64,000 nucleotides of DNA from Paracoccaceae bacterium (GTDB lineage: Bacteria > Pseudomonadota > Alphaproteobacteria > Rhodobacterales > Rhodobacteraceae): the NCBI GenBank assembly GCA_965200885.1, contig OZ241737.1, positions 782,214 through 846,213 of the forward strand, written 5' to 3'. The translations under genes were made by a program, and so were the position numbers. A model generated the notes under the pieces. It was not told the origin of the DNA. It did no database searches and was given only the letters and a program-made list of their open reading frames with translations. Of the stretch, positions 1-10,714 are shown in pieces. Position 1 is the stretch's first letter. Each line of letters begins with the position of its first letter.

Positions 1-3000
1 AGGCAGTCAAACGAACCTTCAAGGTCGATGGATTAAACGATCTGGACCGACTATACCAGGAAGTACTCAGATCCAAGAAAAGAATAATCGAATGGGAAGA
101 GGAGCACCAGAAGCCAGGAGTTGGCGCAGAGGATCTGGAAGAAAACGATCGGCAAAGGATTTATGTTCCTCTGTCAAAGGTATCGAAGACTTATACCATG
201 ATCCCCAAGGCACTGGAGAATTCAACCACCATTGCCCTGTCTCGTGTGGCAAAGGTTTTCGAGAAGGAGGGTGGTGTTGACTGTGTCGTGGCCAAATGGC
301 TCGGCAAGACAGAGGAGGAGCTGGCTCAAGTCCTGATCGCGGAGCAGGTTGATGCAATCGCAATGGCCGAGGTTGCACGGAGGAGAAACAGGGGATTTTT
401 GCTGGCCGATCAGACTGGTATAGGCAAGGGCAGAAGCCTGGCCGCAATTTCTGCCAAAGCCATCAGGGAAGGCAAGAAGGTAATATATTTCACGGAAAAT
501 ACCGAAATCAATATCCCAGATGTCTGGCGGGATTTCAGAAGTATAAATGTTCTGGACCAATTGAAACCGATCATTCTGGCGGTGAAAACCGTTACCCTAT
601 CCCGCAATGACAGTCCCATGAAAGGGCAAGGAGCAAGAGGTATTGGCCAAGTTGAAAATATACGGACCCTGCCTGCCAAATTGAGAAAGGAACTTTACCT
701 CTCCGAACAATGGCCGGCGGAATGCAATCTTATCATCACCAATTATTCGCAGTTTCGGGGTGAGGATGTACCTTCGAGAAAATGGGCCAAAAATGCACTT
801 GATAAGGACACACTCCTCGTACTAGACGAGTCCCAGAATGCGATAAGCTTTCGTTCACATACAGGTCAGGCCATCAGGGACATGATCGGGGCAGTTGGGC
901 GTTCCAATGTCATTTTCTCGACGGCCACCCCAATGAGGAACCAGTATAATGGGGATCTATACAAGCCCCTTTTGCCCAATGTCGAGGGTTATCGACTCAA
1001 CAATATCCTTAGAATCAAGTTTACGGGAGGTGAATCAGCCGAGGAGAGTTTTGCTTCAATGTTGGCCGAAGATGGTGTTTTCCTGCGTCGGGATCATGAT
1101 CTGTCGAACATAGATTTTCAGGTGAGGCTGCCCAGGGATGAAACCATAGTCAGGTATCAGGGTATAATGGACAGGTTTTCCCCGCTGATAGAACTGGTGC
1201 TTGATTGTTCACTCAGGGTAAGTGCCCTGGTGGGGCAGGCCAAGGGCAATCATTATACATGGTTGTTGAACAATGGCTTTGACAGGGCCACCGCTCAAAC
1301 CGAGTCTGAAACATCAAACCAGTACGGCATGTCTCCGGGGAGCCATCTGGCACGACTTTCCAGGCTGATGATAAATGCCGTCAAGATTGATCAGGTTGTG
1401 TCCGAGGTGATCAATGAAATCAATGAGGGACGCAAGCCTCTGATATCGTTTCATTCAACCGGCGAAGTCCTTCTGAACGAACTGGTTGCCGCCGGCAATG
1501 AAATCCTGCAATCCAAGGAGTTGAATTTAACCCTGGCTGACCAGATCAGGCGAGTTACCGACAGCATTTACAAAATTACCATTGCCAACGAGGAGGTAGA
1601 TGCCAGGGACCAATATGAGGATATAAAGCAATTGGCTGGTGAAATCGATGAAAAAATTGATTTGATCGATCCTGATTTGCCTGTTTCACCGATTGATTCC
1701 CTGATAGACAAACTTGCTGAGAAGGAGATCAAGGTTGGGGAGATTTCAGGACGTAATCTGGCCTATCGGGACAATAAAATCATCAGGAAACCGAATACGG
1801 GTCGGCAACAAATCATTGAAAGATACAATAATGGTGAATTGGATGTACTCATGTACAATATGGCTGGTGCTACGGGTGGCTCCTACCACTCTTCGGCTGA
1901 TTTCAAGGATCAAAGGCCCCGTTCGCTGATTGAAATGGAAACACCTCTTGACATAATAAAGTATGTCCAATCACAGGGTCGAAGCAATCGTTATGGTCAG
2001 GTTCACCGCCCCAGAGTTGTATCCGTAATGACCGGTCTGGTTCCGGAAATGCGGATCATGCAGCAGAGGAATTGCAAACTTCGGGCAATGGGAGCCAGTG
2101 TCGACGGCAATCGATCTCATCCGTTACTGCTTGACGACATACCCGATTTCCTGAACATAATTGGTGATCAGGCGGCCAGACAGGTGATTGAAGCCAATCC
2201 AGTTTATGCCAGAAAGCTTGGTTTCAGTGGTCCCATCAGCACGGATGGTGAGCAGGAAAACCATACCATAAATTTTGGCCAAAACCAAACCATCAATACA
2301 AGCAGCAGTCTCTCACAATCCTTTGCCAATAAAGTTCTATCACGATCCATTGTCCTGAATTCATCCGAGCAGACAGAGCTTGTTGATTTACTACGCTATG
2401 AATTCGAAGCCATCGTCGAAGAGTTGGACAGTATCAATGCGAATCCTCTCAAACCAAAGGAGTTGGAAGGCTATATCGACATCAAGGCAAATGTTTTGTA
2501 TTCCGGACAGGAGATAGACCATCGCGACATTGATTCCTCAGCCTTTTTAAGACCCCTGTACATTGCAACCGGTATTCACCATTTCCACGAAGAACCAATC
2601 AGTAGTGAGGAACTGAGTAGCCTCGTTGGCAAATCACGAATTGTAGACGGAATTGATGGATTTGCCCCATTTGGGGAGCATTTGGAATCCAATCTGGCAA
2701 CATATCTACAGAATTTGCTCCCTCCGGGTATCAGTTTTGGGGATGCCATCGATAATCTCCACGATCAACCATATCGATTTAGACGCAAATTCGATATCCT
2801 GAAAAGACTGATTAGCCTGTTGAAAAAAATCAAACCCGGGGTTGTTATTCAAATTGATGATGGATCAACCAAGGATACATCCCTTCGTACGATTGTGAAG
2901 CTGTTTCCACCAAAAATACAGTTTGCCCATTTACCCCAGGCTTACAGAATAAAGATAATTTCTCCGGGAGATTCGGAACCAAGTCAGATTTTTCTTAACA

Positions 3001-3773
3001 GACTGGTTGCCATGCCTGAAAATTCCATCCGCTTTCAAATGGGCCTCTATTCAGGTGAAAACCTGCGGCATCTGAAGGAGTTCAACAAACAAAGTCAAAT
3101 GGAACGCAAGACACCTGTACAAATTCTGGTCGGCAATCATTTAGCGGCCATAGGGGAAGCCAATCAACACAGATTGGGTGCCCTTTCTCTCTTCAGGGAC
3201 AAATATGGAGTTCTACAAAGAGGCGTTGTCATGAGCAAGGGAAATGTTGACTTGACAAAGTTACCTGTAGCCGTACCGTCTGGTCGGGTGGCAATCGCCC
3301 TGACAAATTTGTTGATCGGGAACAAGTTAAAGGGTCAAAGTATTTGTTTCAGGGTAAATTCCGGCAAGGAAGAGATTGTTTGCATTCGACTTTTCAGAAG
3401 CCGATTTGATGTTCATGCCCTAAGGGGATATTTCACTTTTCCCTACGAAGAGAAACAATTCAGACCTGATGGTGAGGAAGAATTTGGTGCTGAAAGCTTT
3501 TACAGCAACCGTCAGGAACTCGGAAAAATATTCCGGGTTGAACCCAAGGGAAATTATTCTGGCAATGCCACCAACCTGTGTTTTGATTTTCCTGAACACA
3601 GAAACCTTTATCAAACCATTTTTTCAAACCTTGAGGGTCTCCCCCTGACTACGGATTGGTGGAACAGGAATAAAATCAGTGAAATTATCAAGGATGTGGA
3701 ATCCAACAGGCTCAACCTTAAATACAGTTTTCTTGAGAAGAGGGAAAATCTGGTGAGGAGTCTGTTTGATTAA
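1..3773 (+). CDS. Strawberry-notch-like P-loop helicase; 5' end lies outside the window
   Basis: The frame is open from nt 1 (..EVLRSKKRIIEWEEEHQ.. precedes the first Met at 198). Walker A-like LADQTGIGKGR, DExQ box LVLDESQNA, helicase-C type motif QSQGRSNRYGQ. Confidence 0.7.
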   Translation, partial: AVKRTFKVDGLNDLDRLYQEVLRSKKRIIEWEEEHQKPGVGAEDLEENDRQRIYVPLSKVSKTYTMIPKALENSTTIALSRVAKVFEKEGGVDCVVAKWLGKTEEELAQVLIAEQVDAIAMAEVARRRNRGFLLADQTGIGKGRSLAAISAKAIREGKKVIYFTENTEINIPDVWRDFRSINVLDQLKPIILAVKTVTLSRNDSPMKGQGARGIGQVENIRTLPAKLRKELYLSEQWPAECNLIITNYSQFRGEDVPSRKWAKNALDKDTLLVLDESQNAISFRSHTGQAIRDMIGAVGRSNVIFSTATPMRNQYNGDLYKPLLPNVEGYRLNNILRIKFTGGESAEESFASMLAEDGVFLRRDHDLSNIDFQVRLPRDETIVRYQGIMDRFSPLIELVLDCSLRVSALVGQAKGNHYTWLLNNGFDRATAQTESETSNQYGMSPGSHLARLSRLMINAVKIDQVVSEVINEINEGRKPLISFHSTGEVLLNELVAAGNEILQSKELNLTLADQIRRVTDSIYKITIANEEVDARDQYEDIKQLAGEIDEKIDLIDPDLPVSPIDSLIDKLAEKEIKVGEISGRNLAYRDNKIIRKPNTGRQQIIERYNNGELDVLMYNMAGATGGSYHSSADFKDQRPRSLIEMETPLDIIKYVQSQGRSNRYGQVHRPRVVSVMTGLVPEMRIMQQRNCKLRAMGASVDGNRSHPLLLDDIPDFLNIIGDQAARQVIEANPVYARKLGFSGPISTDGEQENHTINFGQNQTINTSSSLSQSFANKVLSRSIVLNSSEQTELVDLLRYEFEAIVEELDSINANPLKPKELEGYIDIKANVLYSGQEIDHRDIDSSAFLRPLYIATGIHHFHEEPISSEELSSLVGKSRIVDGIDGFAPFGEHLESNLATYLQNLLPPGISFGDAIDNLHDQPYRFRRKFDILKRLISLLKKIKPGVVIQIDDGSTKDTSLRTIVKLFPPKIQFAHLPQAYRIKIISPGDSEPSQIFLNRLVAMPENSIRFQMGLYSGENLRHLKEFNKQSQMERKTPVQILVGNHLAAIGEANQHRLGALSLFRDKYGVLQRGVVMSKGNVDLTKLPVAVPSGRVAIALTNLLIGNKLKGQSICFRVNSGKEEIVCIRLFRSRFDVHALRGYFTFPYEEKQFRPDGEEEFGAESFYSNRQELGKIFRVEPKGNYSGNATNLCFDFPEHRNLYQTIFSNLEGLPLTTDWWNRNKISEIIKDVESNRLNLKYSFLEKRENLVRSLFD

Positions 3774-3959
3774 ATGTTAAATGATATACTTACAATCAAC
3801 TCGAATCTTTGATGAGAAATTTGACCTATTAACCCAAGCTAGATAATTAACCCAATCAAATATAGAACTAAATATCGGCATAAAAATTACCGAATAATTT
3901 TTTACTACATGTAAGTTACTGAAGTAGTAATTTAAGTACCTTTGTTAGGAGAAAGGAAC

Positions 3960-4100
3960 ATGACTGAGGCACTTAAAGTTACAGGTTCAATACCGATTGA
4001 TTTGGCTGTTTTTCTACCATTCCAATATCAACAAGTAAATGTAAATTTAGGAAATATTCCAATACCAGAGCTAAATGGCTTACGGTTTTTTGAAATTTAG
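3960..4100 (+). CDS. small hypothetical protein (46 aa)
   Basis: ATG preceded by a GGAGAAAGGAAC RBS-like stretch in an AT-rich spacer. No recognisable motif. Confidence 0.2.
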   Translation: MTEALKVTGSIPIDLAVFLPFQYQQVNVNLGNIPIPELNGLRFFEI

Positions 4101-4152
4101 CTTGATGATCACGGTGCGAGTGAATTAATGTCTCAAATCAAAATAGAGATCT

Positions 4153-4941
4153 CTACAAGTGCTCGGAAAGATAAATAATTTCCTGAACCAGATTAGGACT
4201 AGCCACAATAGCCTTTCCACCATTGGCCATCATATCAGGTAAATCCAGATACATTACTTTACCTCCTGCTTCCTCAACGATTAACATTGCTGCCAGACAA
4301 TCCCAAGCATTCATATGGCTTTCCAGATAACCGATATATCTGCCACAAGATACATATGTTATACTGATAGCTCCGGAACCATTACGATTAAAGATACCAT
4401 TCCTTTTTACCAACTCAGCTAGCATATCGGCAATATTGCTTTTGGCATCCTTGGTTGATGTCCCAACACCGACCAAACCATCATGCAAACCCTGTGATAA
4501 ACTTGGAATATTGGGTTTTCCATTCATATAGGACCCTTGCCCCCTACAGGCGTAAAACATTTCTTCATGTACTGGGTCATATACAACACCGATTTGAGTT
4601 TCCTGGTCATCTACACAAGCCAATACCACGGCCCAGACCGAAATTCCCCTCACGAAATTGGCTGTACCATCAATGGGGTCAATGATCCAGGAATAGGGTG
4701 AGTTTCCAGGGTCCTTGTTTTGAAATTCCTCGCCTATCAACCCATCATCAGGAAAATATTTTGACAATTTATCCCGAATTAAAACTTCGACTTCCCGGTC
4801 CGCTTCAGATACCAGGTCCTGTACCCCTTTTTTTTCAACTTTCAGATTTTCGAGATTTCCAAATCTGTTCAGCGCCAGCTCTCCGGCATCCTTGCAAATC
4901 TCCAAAGCGGCATCAAGCCGCTGTTTCAATTGTTCATCCAT
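4153..4941 (-). CDS. inositol monophosphatase family protein
   Basis: Family motifs WIIDPIDGTANF and WDCLAAMLIVEEAGG. 262 aa. Confidence 0.85.
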   Translation of the reverse strand: MDEQLKQRLDAALEICKDAGELALNRFGNLENLKVEKKGVQDLVSEADREVEVLIRDKLSKYFPDDGLIGEEFQNKDPGNSPYSWIIDPIDGTANFVRGISVWAVVLACVDDQETQIGVVYDPVHEEMFYACRGQGSYMNGKPNIPSLSQGLHDGLVGVGTSTKDAKSNIADMLAELVKRNGIFNRNGSGAISITYVSCGRYIGYLESHMNAWDCLAAMLIVEEAGGKVMYLDLPDMMANGGKAIVASPNLVQEIIYLSEHL

Positions 4942-5673
4942 CTATGTTTCCTGACGTTTTGAAAAGGAATACTCAAGGAAGTTCACCATCAACCCAGCGA
5001 ATTTTTCACTTTCGTTTTGGGACTTGATTTGGTTCTTGCCTTTTTTCCAAAGTTCTTGATCAATCTCATTATTATCAAGCATGTAATCTAGGAGTTGATA
5101 CATGAAATCAAAGGACATTTCAGGGTGATATTGGGTAGTAAAGAAATGATCCCCGATTTTAAAGGAAGCAAAATTACAGTAAGAGTTGGAACCAACGGGC
5201 ATCGCTTTTTCGGGCAACTCAAAAACCTCTTCACAATGGGCTGAATATAGACTTATGGAAGCAATATCAGCCTGATTCCAATCTTTAAACGAATGAAAAT
5301 CTGTTTCAGCTCTTCCCAATTGCCATCCCGAAGGGTTTTTATCTACCTTACCACCCAGTGCCTTGGCAATGGCCTGATGTCCAAAACAACATCCGACCGT
5401 TGGCTTCTTGTGTTCATCCAGCTCTTGGATAAATCTCAAAAGATTGTCTATCCAGACCTTGGGGTCATTTACGGAAGCAGGGCTTCCGGTAATTACATAA
5501 CCATCATATTGGTCAATGGATTCGGGAAAAACATTATCCATGACCGGAATTACGTGAAAATCCCAGTCGGGTCTATGTGGTGAAAGGATGGAAATGAATT
5601 TTTCACCATCATCAGGAAACCTCAATGCAAATTCTGAAGTGTCATTACTGGTTAAAAGAATAGCGATGTTCAT
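4942..5673 (-). CDS. class I glutamine amidotransferase-like protein
   Basis: Nucleophile elbow GCCFGHQ and downstream YHPE. Stop abuts the start of the next gene. Confidence 0.8.
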   Translation of the reverse strand: MNIAILLTSNDTSEFALRFPDDGEKFISILSPHRPDWDFHVIPVMDNVFPESIDQYDGYVITGSPASVNDPKVWIDNLLRFIQELDEHKKPTVGCCFGHQAIAKALGGKVDKNPSGWQLGRAETDFHSFKDWNQADIASISLYSAHCEEVFELPEKAMPVGSNSYCNFASFKIGDHFFTTQYHPEMSFDFMYQLLDYMLDNNEIDQELWKKGKNQIKSQNESEKFAGLMVNFLEYSFSKRQET

Positions 5674-5750
5674 AATTTTTCTACTACCAGAATCCTTTGT
5701 TCAAAATTAATGAAACATGCAAGAAGCAGTTTTAATCGGAATAGCAACAC

Positions 5751-6317
5751 TCAATGAAGTTCAATCACACCCAAGGTGATGTAGGTTGAACCATACCTTC
5801 TTGCAAATTGCTCTGACCAATGGGAACTAGAGGGAACAGGTGCGCCACTTTCAATGACAAGAATACATTCATTTGCCAACCATTCACCTTTGAGTGCACT
5901 TAGTATGGCAGTTTCTAAGAGGTTTTGCCGGTAGGGAGGATCCAGGAATACCAAATCATGTGAATACCCCTTGTTGGGAGGAAGTCGGGTTGCATCTGCA
6001 TGTAATAATGTTGAGTTATCAATCGCTTGGGCTTTGAAGAGATTTCTTTCGAGTAGTGAAAGGTTGTATTTATTCCTTTCAATAAACGTGGCAGCTTTTG
6101 CTCCTCTTGACAAGGCTTCCATGCCAAGCGCACCCGTACCAGCGAATAAATCCAGAACTGAGCTATCCGTAACAAGATTTCCCAGAGGACCATGGGTCAG
6201 AATATCGAACATGCTTTCACGAATCCTGCCCGAAGTTGGTCTAAGTGTTTTTCTGTCCTTTTGAGGATTAGGGGTATGAAGTTTCAATCCCTTATATTTG
6301 CCTGCACTAATTCGCAT
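5751..6317 (-). CDS. rsmD: 16S rRNA (guanine966-N2)-methyltransferase
   Basis: RPTSGRIRESMFDIL, SAM-binding DLFAGTGALGMEA, catalytic FLDPPY. Confidence 0.85.
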   Translation of the reverse strand: MRISAGKYKGLKLHTPNPQKDRKTLRPTSGRIRESMFDILTHGPLGNLVTDSSVLDLFAGTGALGMEALSRGAKAATFIERNKYNLSLLERNLFKAQAIDNSTLLHADATRLPPNKGYSHDLVFLDPPYRQNLLETAILSALKGEWLANECILVIESGAPVPSSSHWSEQFARRYGSTYITLGVIELH

Positions 6318-6562
6318 GTTTCACAATTTGTAATGTAAATGTTGAGAGAATCTCATAACAACGATGGACAAATCGTTATCTTCAATCCTACAGGGAAATT
6401 ATATTGTTTATAATTCACTTGGATTGGTTTTAGTTCACTTTCAGAGGTGATTGGTATTTTTCTCAGGTATAAATGAGATTTCGCAAGATAATGATATGGT
6501 TTTTTTATGGTTGGGTCTGATACCAAACCCAATTTCCCATCAACAACCAAACCATGGAAATG

Positions 6563-6748
6563 TTATTCATTGGAAATATATTTTTTCAATTCATCACCAC
6601 TTTTCTTGACCACCTTGCCATCCTCCCATACGACAGCATAGTGACCTAGCTTCCACTTCTCTTCCAAGGCCTTTCTGACTGCCTGGCGAAGGCCTTCCAA
6701 ATGTTGGAGGGCTTCTGCTGGAGGAGAGTCTGTTTTTATAATATTCAT
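6563..6748 (-). CDS. small protein translationally coupled to the zeta-like ATPase (possible partner or antitoxin)
   Basis: 61 aa. ATGA start/stop overlap with the upstream gene at 6745-6748. Confidence 0.4.
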   Translation of the reverse strand: MNIIKTDSPPAEALQHLEGLRQAVRKALEEKWKLGHYAVVWEDGKVVKKSGDELKKYISNE

Positions 6749-7317
6749 TTGCCAATTCCTTGAAGAATCCGGAATAAGTATTCATCAATTATATACTGAT
6801 CAATGCCTTGTTGTACAAAAACAAGTTTTGGTGGGTTTTCATGATTCATATAGCAAAGGCATTCATCTGCGATATGACAGTATTCGTTTAACAGCAATTG
6901 AAGGCTTCGGGGAAACCGTCTGACTATATCCCTCTTTGGTATATTGTGTCCACCGCGACTAACCCGCTCGGCAACCCGATTTATTGATAACTCAACATTG
7001 GGCAGTGCCAGATAGATTAAAACAACTATCCATCCATTAGCATGAAGATGATCAATAAACCGCAGGTAGGTGCGACCTGATAATGTGGTTTCAAAAGCAA
7101 AATCATTTTGATCAATCACACATTTCTCGAGTTCATTCAAAAACAAGCGACTTGCTGTGAGCAATTTCCTTTCAGGTGATAAAGGTGAAATTCCAGCAGC
7201 TATGAGATCTGCATTAATGAAATTGACATCCTCTGATAGCTGTGTCAGATAATCCAATGCAAAAGTTGTTTTTCCTGCGCCGTTAGGACCGGCAAAAATC
7301 CAGCAGGTAGGCATCAA
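6745..7317 (-). CDS. zeta-toxin-like P-loop ATPase/kinase family protein
   Basis: Walker A FAGPNGAGKTTF at the N-terminus. About 190 aa, the size typical of zeta/COG4185-type proteins. Confidence 0.6.
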   Translation of the reverse strand: MMPTCWIFAGPNGAGKTTFALDYLTQLSEDVNFINADLIAAGISPLSPERKLLTASRLFLNELEKCVIDQNDFAFETTLSGRTYLRFIDHLHANGWIVVLIYLALPNVELSINRVAERVSRGGHNIPKRDIVRRFPRSLQLLLNEYCHIADECLCYMNHENPPKLVFVQQGIDQYIIDEYLFRILQGIGK

Positions 7318-7375
7318 ACAGTGTCCTTGACAGTCAAAAGTTATTCCATATCTGGTTTTGGGTTATCGGTCCTGG

Positions 7376-8593
7376 CTAACGTTTGCTTCTCAGAAGTTGC
7401 TTTAAATCGCTGTCGGGGTTGCCCAGGGTCTCAGCATCAACGGTAATTCCCTGCTCCAGGATACGCTTGCCAACCATATAGGACCTTGGATCATTTATGG
7501 CATCCACAGCAATGAGGTCATCATCCCGCATATACCAGAAGCTGACAGAATCTTCCAAATTGCCCTGTCTGGTAATTATGCTTGTATATCCATTCCCCAA
7601 GCCGGAAATCTGAAGCTTGGCCTCATATTGATCTGTCCAGAACCATGGTACAAATTCATAGTCCTTGTCAGCCCCCATTATGTTTTCTGCCACCGTTTCG
7701 GACTGGTCGATGGCATTTTGTACGCTTTCCAACCTGATAAAGGTGTCCTGCCACGGAAAGGAGGTACAATCACCTGATGCCCAGATATTGGTGTGAGAGG
7801 TTTGCCCATTTGCATTGACCCTGATGCCATTTGAAATGTCAAGCCCTGCTTCTTTTGCCAGCGCGATGCCCGGCTGGACACCTATACCGACAATGACAAA
7901 ATCGACATCCAATTCATCGTCGTTTGACAACACGGCTTTTTGAACCCTTTCGTTACCTTCCAATTGTTTCAATCCAACACCTTCCAGCAATCGTGCACCC
8001 TTGATGGTATGAAGGTTTCTGAAATAAGCAGATGTTTCTGGTGCAACGACACGCTGCATGATTCTTTCAGCAGCTTCCACGATGGTTACCTGCAAACCTT
8101 TGGAAATCAGGGCAGATGCGGTTTCCAAACCAATAAATCCTCCACCAACAACCAAAACCTTTCTGTTTTCTTCAAGTTCAGCTTGCAGGGCAGTGATGTC
8201 GGCAAGATCCCTGATGTAATAAAGACCTCCCAAATCACCTCCAAGACTGGCCGGCAGTTTTGTTGGATGAGAGCCGGTGGTCAATACCAAATGGTCATAA
8301 GGGATTGATTGACCGTTAGCTTTTACACAGGAGGCATTCAAATTGATTTCCTCACAACGGATACCCAGCATCAAGTCGATGCCATTTTCCGTGTAATATG
8401 ATTGCTGGCGAAGGTATAGCCTTGTTTTTTCCATTTCCCCGGTCAGGTATTTCTTGGAAAGAGGAGGTCTTTGGTAGGGTAATTCAGGTTCACCGCAAAT
8501 CATGGTTATCTTGCCTGAATAATCCAATGCCCGTAATTTTGACACCACTGACAATCCAGCCTGGCCTCCTCCGACGACAACTATCCTTTCCAT
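7376..8593 (-). CDS. FAD-dependent pyridine nucleotide-disulfide oxidoreductase (ferredoxin/rubredoxin reductase type)
   Basis: Two dinucleotide folds, VVGGGQAG and VVGGGFIG, plus ASGDC near the FAD site. 405 aa. Confidence 0.8.
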   Translation of the reverse strand: MERIVVVGGGQAGLSVVSKLRALDYSGKITMICGEPELPYQRPPLSKKYLTGEMEKTRLYLRQQSYYTENGIDLMLGIRCEEINLNASCVKANGQSIPYDHLVLTTGSHPTKLPASLGGDLGGLYYIRDLADITALQAELEENRKVLVVGGGFIGLETASALISKGLQVTIVEAAERIMQRVVAPETSAYFRNLHTIKGARLLEGVGLKQLEGNERVQKAVLSNDDELDVDFVIVGIGVQPGIALAKEAGLDISNGIRVNANGQTSHTNIWASGDCTSFPWQDTFIRLESVQNAIDQSETVAENIMGADKDYEFVPWFWTDQYEAKLQISGLGNGYTSIITRQGNLEDSVSFWYMRDDDLIAVDAINDPRSYMVGKRILEQGITVDAETLGNPDSDLKQLLRSKR

Positions 8594-8676
8594 AAATCAT
8601 TCCTAAATGATATCAATACAATATAAAGTAAATTAATCATTGTATATTTTGTGATAAAGAAAAATGAAGGAATATT

Positions 8677-9165
8677 ATGGAAGTTTCAATCGGAAGCAGG
8701 CTGCCTGAAGCAAAATTATTGCAGTTTGGCCTGAACGGTCCTGAAGAGGTCTCGCTGAATGAATTGATCGAGGGAGAAAAGGTCGTGATTTTTGCCGTTC
8801 CAGGAGCATTTACCCCAACCTGTTCAGTTTCACATGTTCCTAGTTTTGTCAGGAATGCGTCAAAACTTGCCGACAGGGGAATAACCAAGCTAATCTGTAT
8901 CTCGGTCAATGATCCCTTTGTTTTGCAAGCCTGGGAGAAAAACCTTGATTTAAAGGAATCAGGCATTCTGCTTTTAGGTGATGCAGAGGGTGAATTCATC
9001 AAAACGATAGGGATGGAATTTTCAGCCCCTGCCGTGGGACTTTTTGGAAGATCGAAAAGGTTCACGATGTATGTTGAGGATGGGGTTGTCAAACAGTTCA
9101 ACGTCGAATCCAGTCCGGGTGTATGTGAAATCTCCGCTGCAGAAACCCTGCTGGAACAGATTTAA
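8677..9165 (+). CDS. peroxiredoxin, Prx5-like
   Basis: Active-site PGAFTPTCS. 162 aa. Confidence 0.85.
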   Translation: MEVSIGSRLPEAKLLQFGLNGPEEVSLNELIEGEKVVIFAVPGAFTPTCSVSHVPSFVRNASKLADRGITKLICISVNDPFVLQAWEKNLDLKESGILLLGDAEGEFIKTIGMEFSAPAVGLFGRSKRFTMYVEDGVVKQFNVESSPGVCEISAAETLLEQI

Positions 9166-9188
9166 TGCATGTCACAACGGAATAATTT

Positions 9189-9506
9189 TCAGACACCTGT
9201 TTGATCAGGGCTTGCCCTGAGCTTGTCAATGCGTTTGGCCAACCGAACATCAAGATTTGTCAAACCCTTGGCACTATGAGTGGTCAGGGTCAACCTGACC
9301 CGGTTGTAGACATTGTGGATTTCGGGATGATGGTTCAGTTTTTCCGAAATCAAACCAACTTCCACCAGCCAGCCCAAGGCCTCGATAAAATTTTTGAATT
9401 TAAACGATTTTGCAATGGAATCCTTTTCATCAAGGTATGTCCAGCCGGATTGCTCCAGTTCTGCCAGCATGACCCTCCGTTCATCTCCTGTAAGTAATTC
9501 CACCAT
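9189..9506 (-). CDS. pterin-4a-carbinolamine dehydratase
   Basis: 105 aa with the characteristic NHHPE..N..V motif. Confidence 0.8.
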   Translation of the reverse strand: MVELLTGDERRVMLAELEQSGWTYLDEKDSIAKSFKFKNFIEALGWLVEVGLISEKLNHHPEIHNVYNRVRLTLTTHSAKGLTNLDVRLAKRIDKLRASPDQTGV

Positions 9507-9509
9507 GAT

Positions 9510-10682
9510 TCAATACTCCTTCTTGAATGGGCCAGATAGCGTCAATTGCTCGATTTCCTCCACAACCAGTTTCTCTTCCTTTTTGAGAAATTTATCAAGG
9601 GCCTGATGAAATCCCTGATGTCCTATCCAATGCAGGGAATGGGTCTCGAATGGTAAATATCCCCTGGCCAGCTTGTGATGCCCACCTGCCCCGGCCTCAA
9701 CATGTTTCAAGCCATGTTGAATGGCATAATCCATTGCTTGGTAGTAACATAATTCAAAATGAAGGAAGTCATGATATTCCGTACATCCCCAATAACGGCC
9801 AAACAGTCTGTCCCGACCTATGAAATTAAGTGCCCCGGCTATGGGATTTCCGTCCTTTTCACACAATATGAGCAGGATATCATCGGCCATGGACTCCCCC
9901 ACAAGGCTGAAAAACTCCCTTGTCAGGTATGGGTAGCCCCATTTCCTCGTGCCGGTTTCCTGATAAAACAACCAGAATGAATCCCAATGGTGTTCCTGTA
10001 TTTGATTACCGCTCAAAAGCTTGATTTCCCCACCAAAAGCGTGAAGATTTTTCCTTTCCCGCCTGATATTCCGTCTCTTGCGGGATGACAATTCGTTCAG
10101 AAACTGATCAAAATCACCATACCCCGGATTGGTCCACCGATATTGATAGCCCGTTCTATGCAACAATCCGTATTCCTGACCATGCTCCACCTCTTCAGGT
10201 GTACAAAAATTGATATGGGCAGACGACAGGGATTGACCCTTGATAATACTCTTCAAGGCTTGTACCAAAGCGCTGAAACCAATGGATTCATGTCCTGGTT
10301 TGACTAGAAACCTTTGGCCTGAGGCGGGTGTGAATGGAATAGCTGACAGTAATTTGGGATAGTAGGATTCTCCAATGAGTTGGTATTCCTGGGCCCATGA
10401 GTAGTCAAAAATAAATTCACCCATGCTGTTGAACTTGACGTACAGGGGCATGACAGAAATAAAATCACCACCCCCGGTAACCACAAGATGTATGGGTACC
10501 CAACCTGCTTCGGGCGAAGTCGACTTCGATTCTTCAAGGGCCAGAAGAAAACTGTGTTTGGTAAAAGGATCTATTGCCCGTTCATGGGATGGATCTGACC
10601 TGGTACAGGCATCCCATTCTTCTGCAGGAATCTCCTTGATGGCCTGATAGGCAATTACTTTAATATCAAGTGGCTTATCCAT
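9510..10682 (-). CDS. FemAB/GNAT-like N-acetyltransferase family protein (COG3146 type)
   Basis: 390 aa with the overall pattern of the DUF482/peptidogalycan biosynthesis-recognition family. Recognised by eye only. Confidence 0.55.
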   Translation of the reverse strand: MDKPLDIKVIAYQAIKEIPAEEWDACTRSDPSHERAIDPFTKHSFLLALEESKSTSPEAGWVPIHLVVTGGGDFISVMPLYVKFNSMGEFIFDYSWAQEYQLIGESYYPKLLSAIPFTPASGQRFLVKPGHESIGFSALVQALKSIIKGQSLSSAHINFCTPEEVEHGQEYGLLHRTGYQYRWTNPGYGDFDQFLNELSSRKRRNIRRERKNLHAFGGEIKLLSGNQIQEHHWDSFWLFYQETGTRKWGYPYLTREFFSLVGESMADDILLILCEKDGNPIAGALNFIGRDRLFGRYWGCTEYHDFLHFELCYYQAMDYAIQHGLKHVEAGAGGHHKLARGYLPFETHSLHWIGHQGFHQALDKFLKKEEKLVVEEIEQLTLSGPFKKEY

Positions 10683-10714
10683 GGTTAGTTGATTCCGAAG
10701 CAGGCCTTTTCACA

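Noticed and set aside
6393-6418. GGGAAATTATATTGTTTATAATTC, which resembles a solo TIR of the element family
   Set aside because: It needs indels to match the core, and it has no inverted partner and no flanking duplication nearby. It may be chance in an AT-rich spacer.
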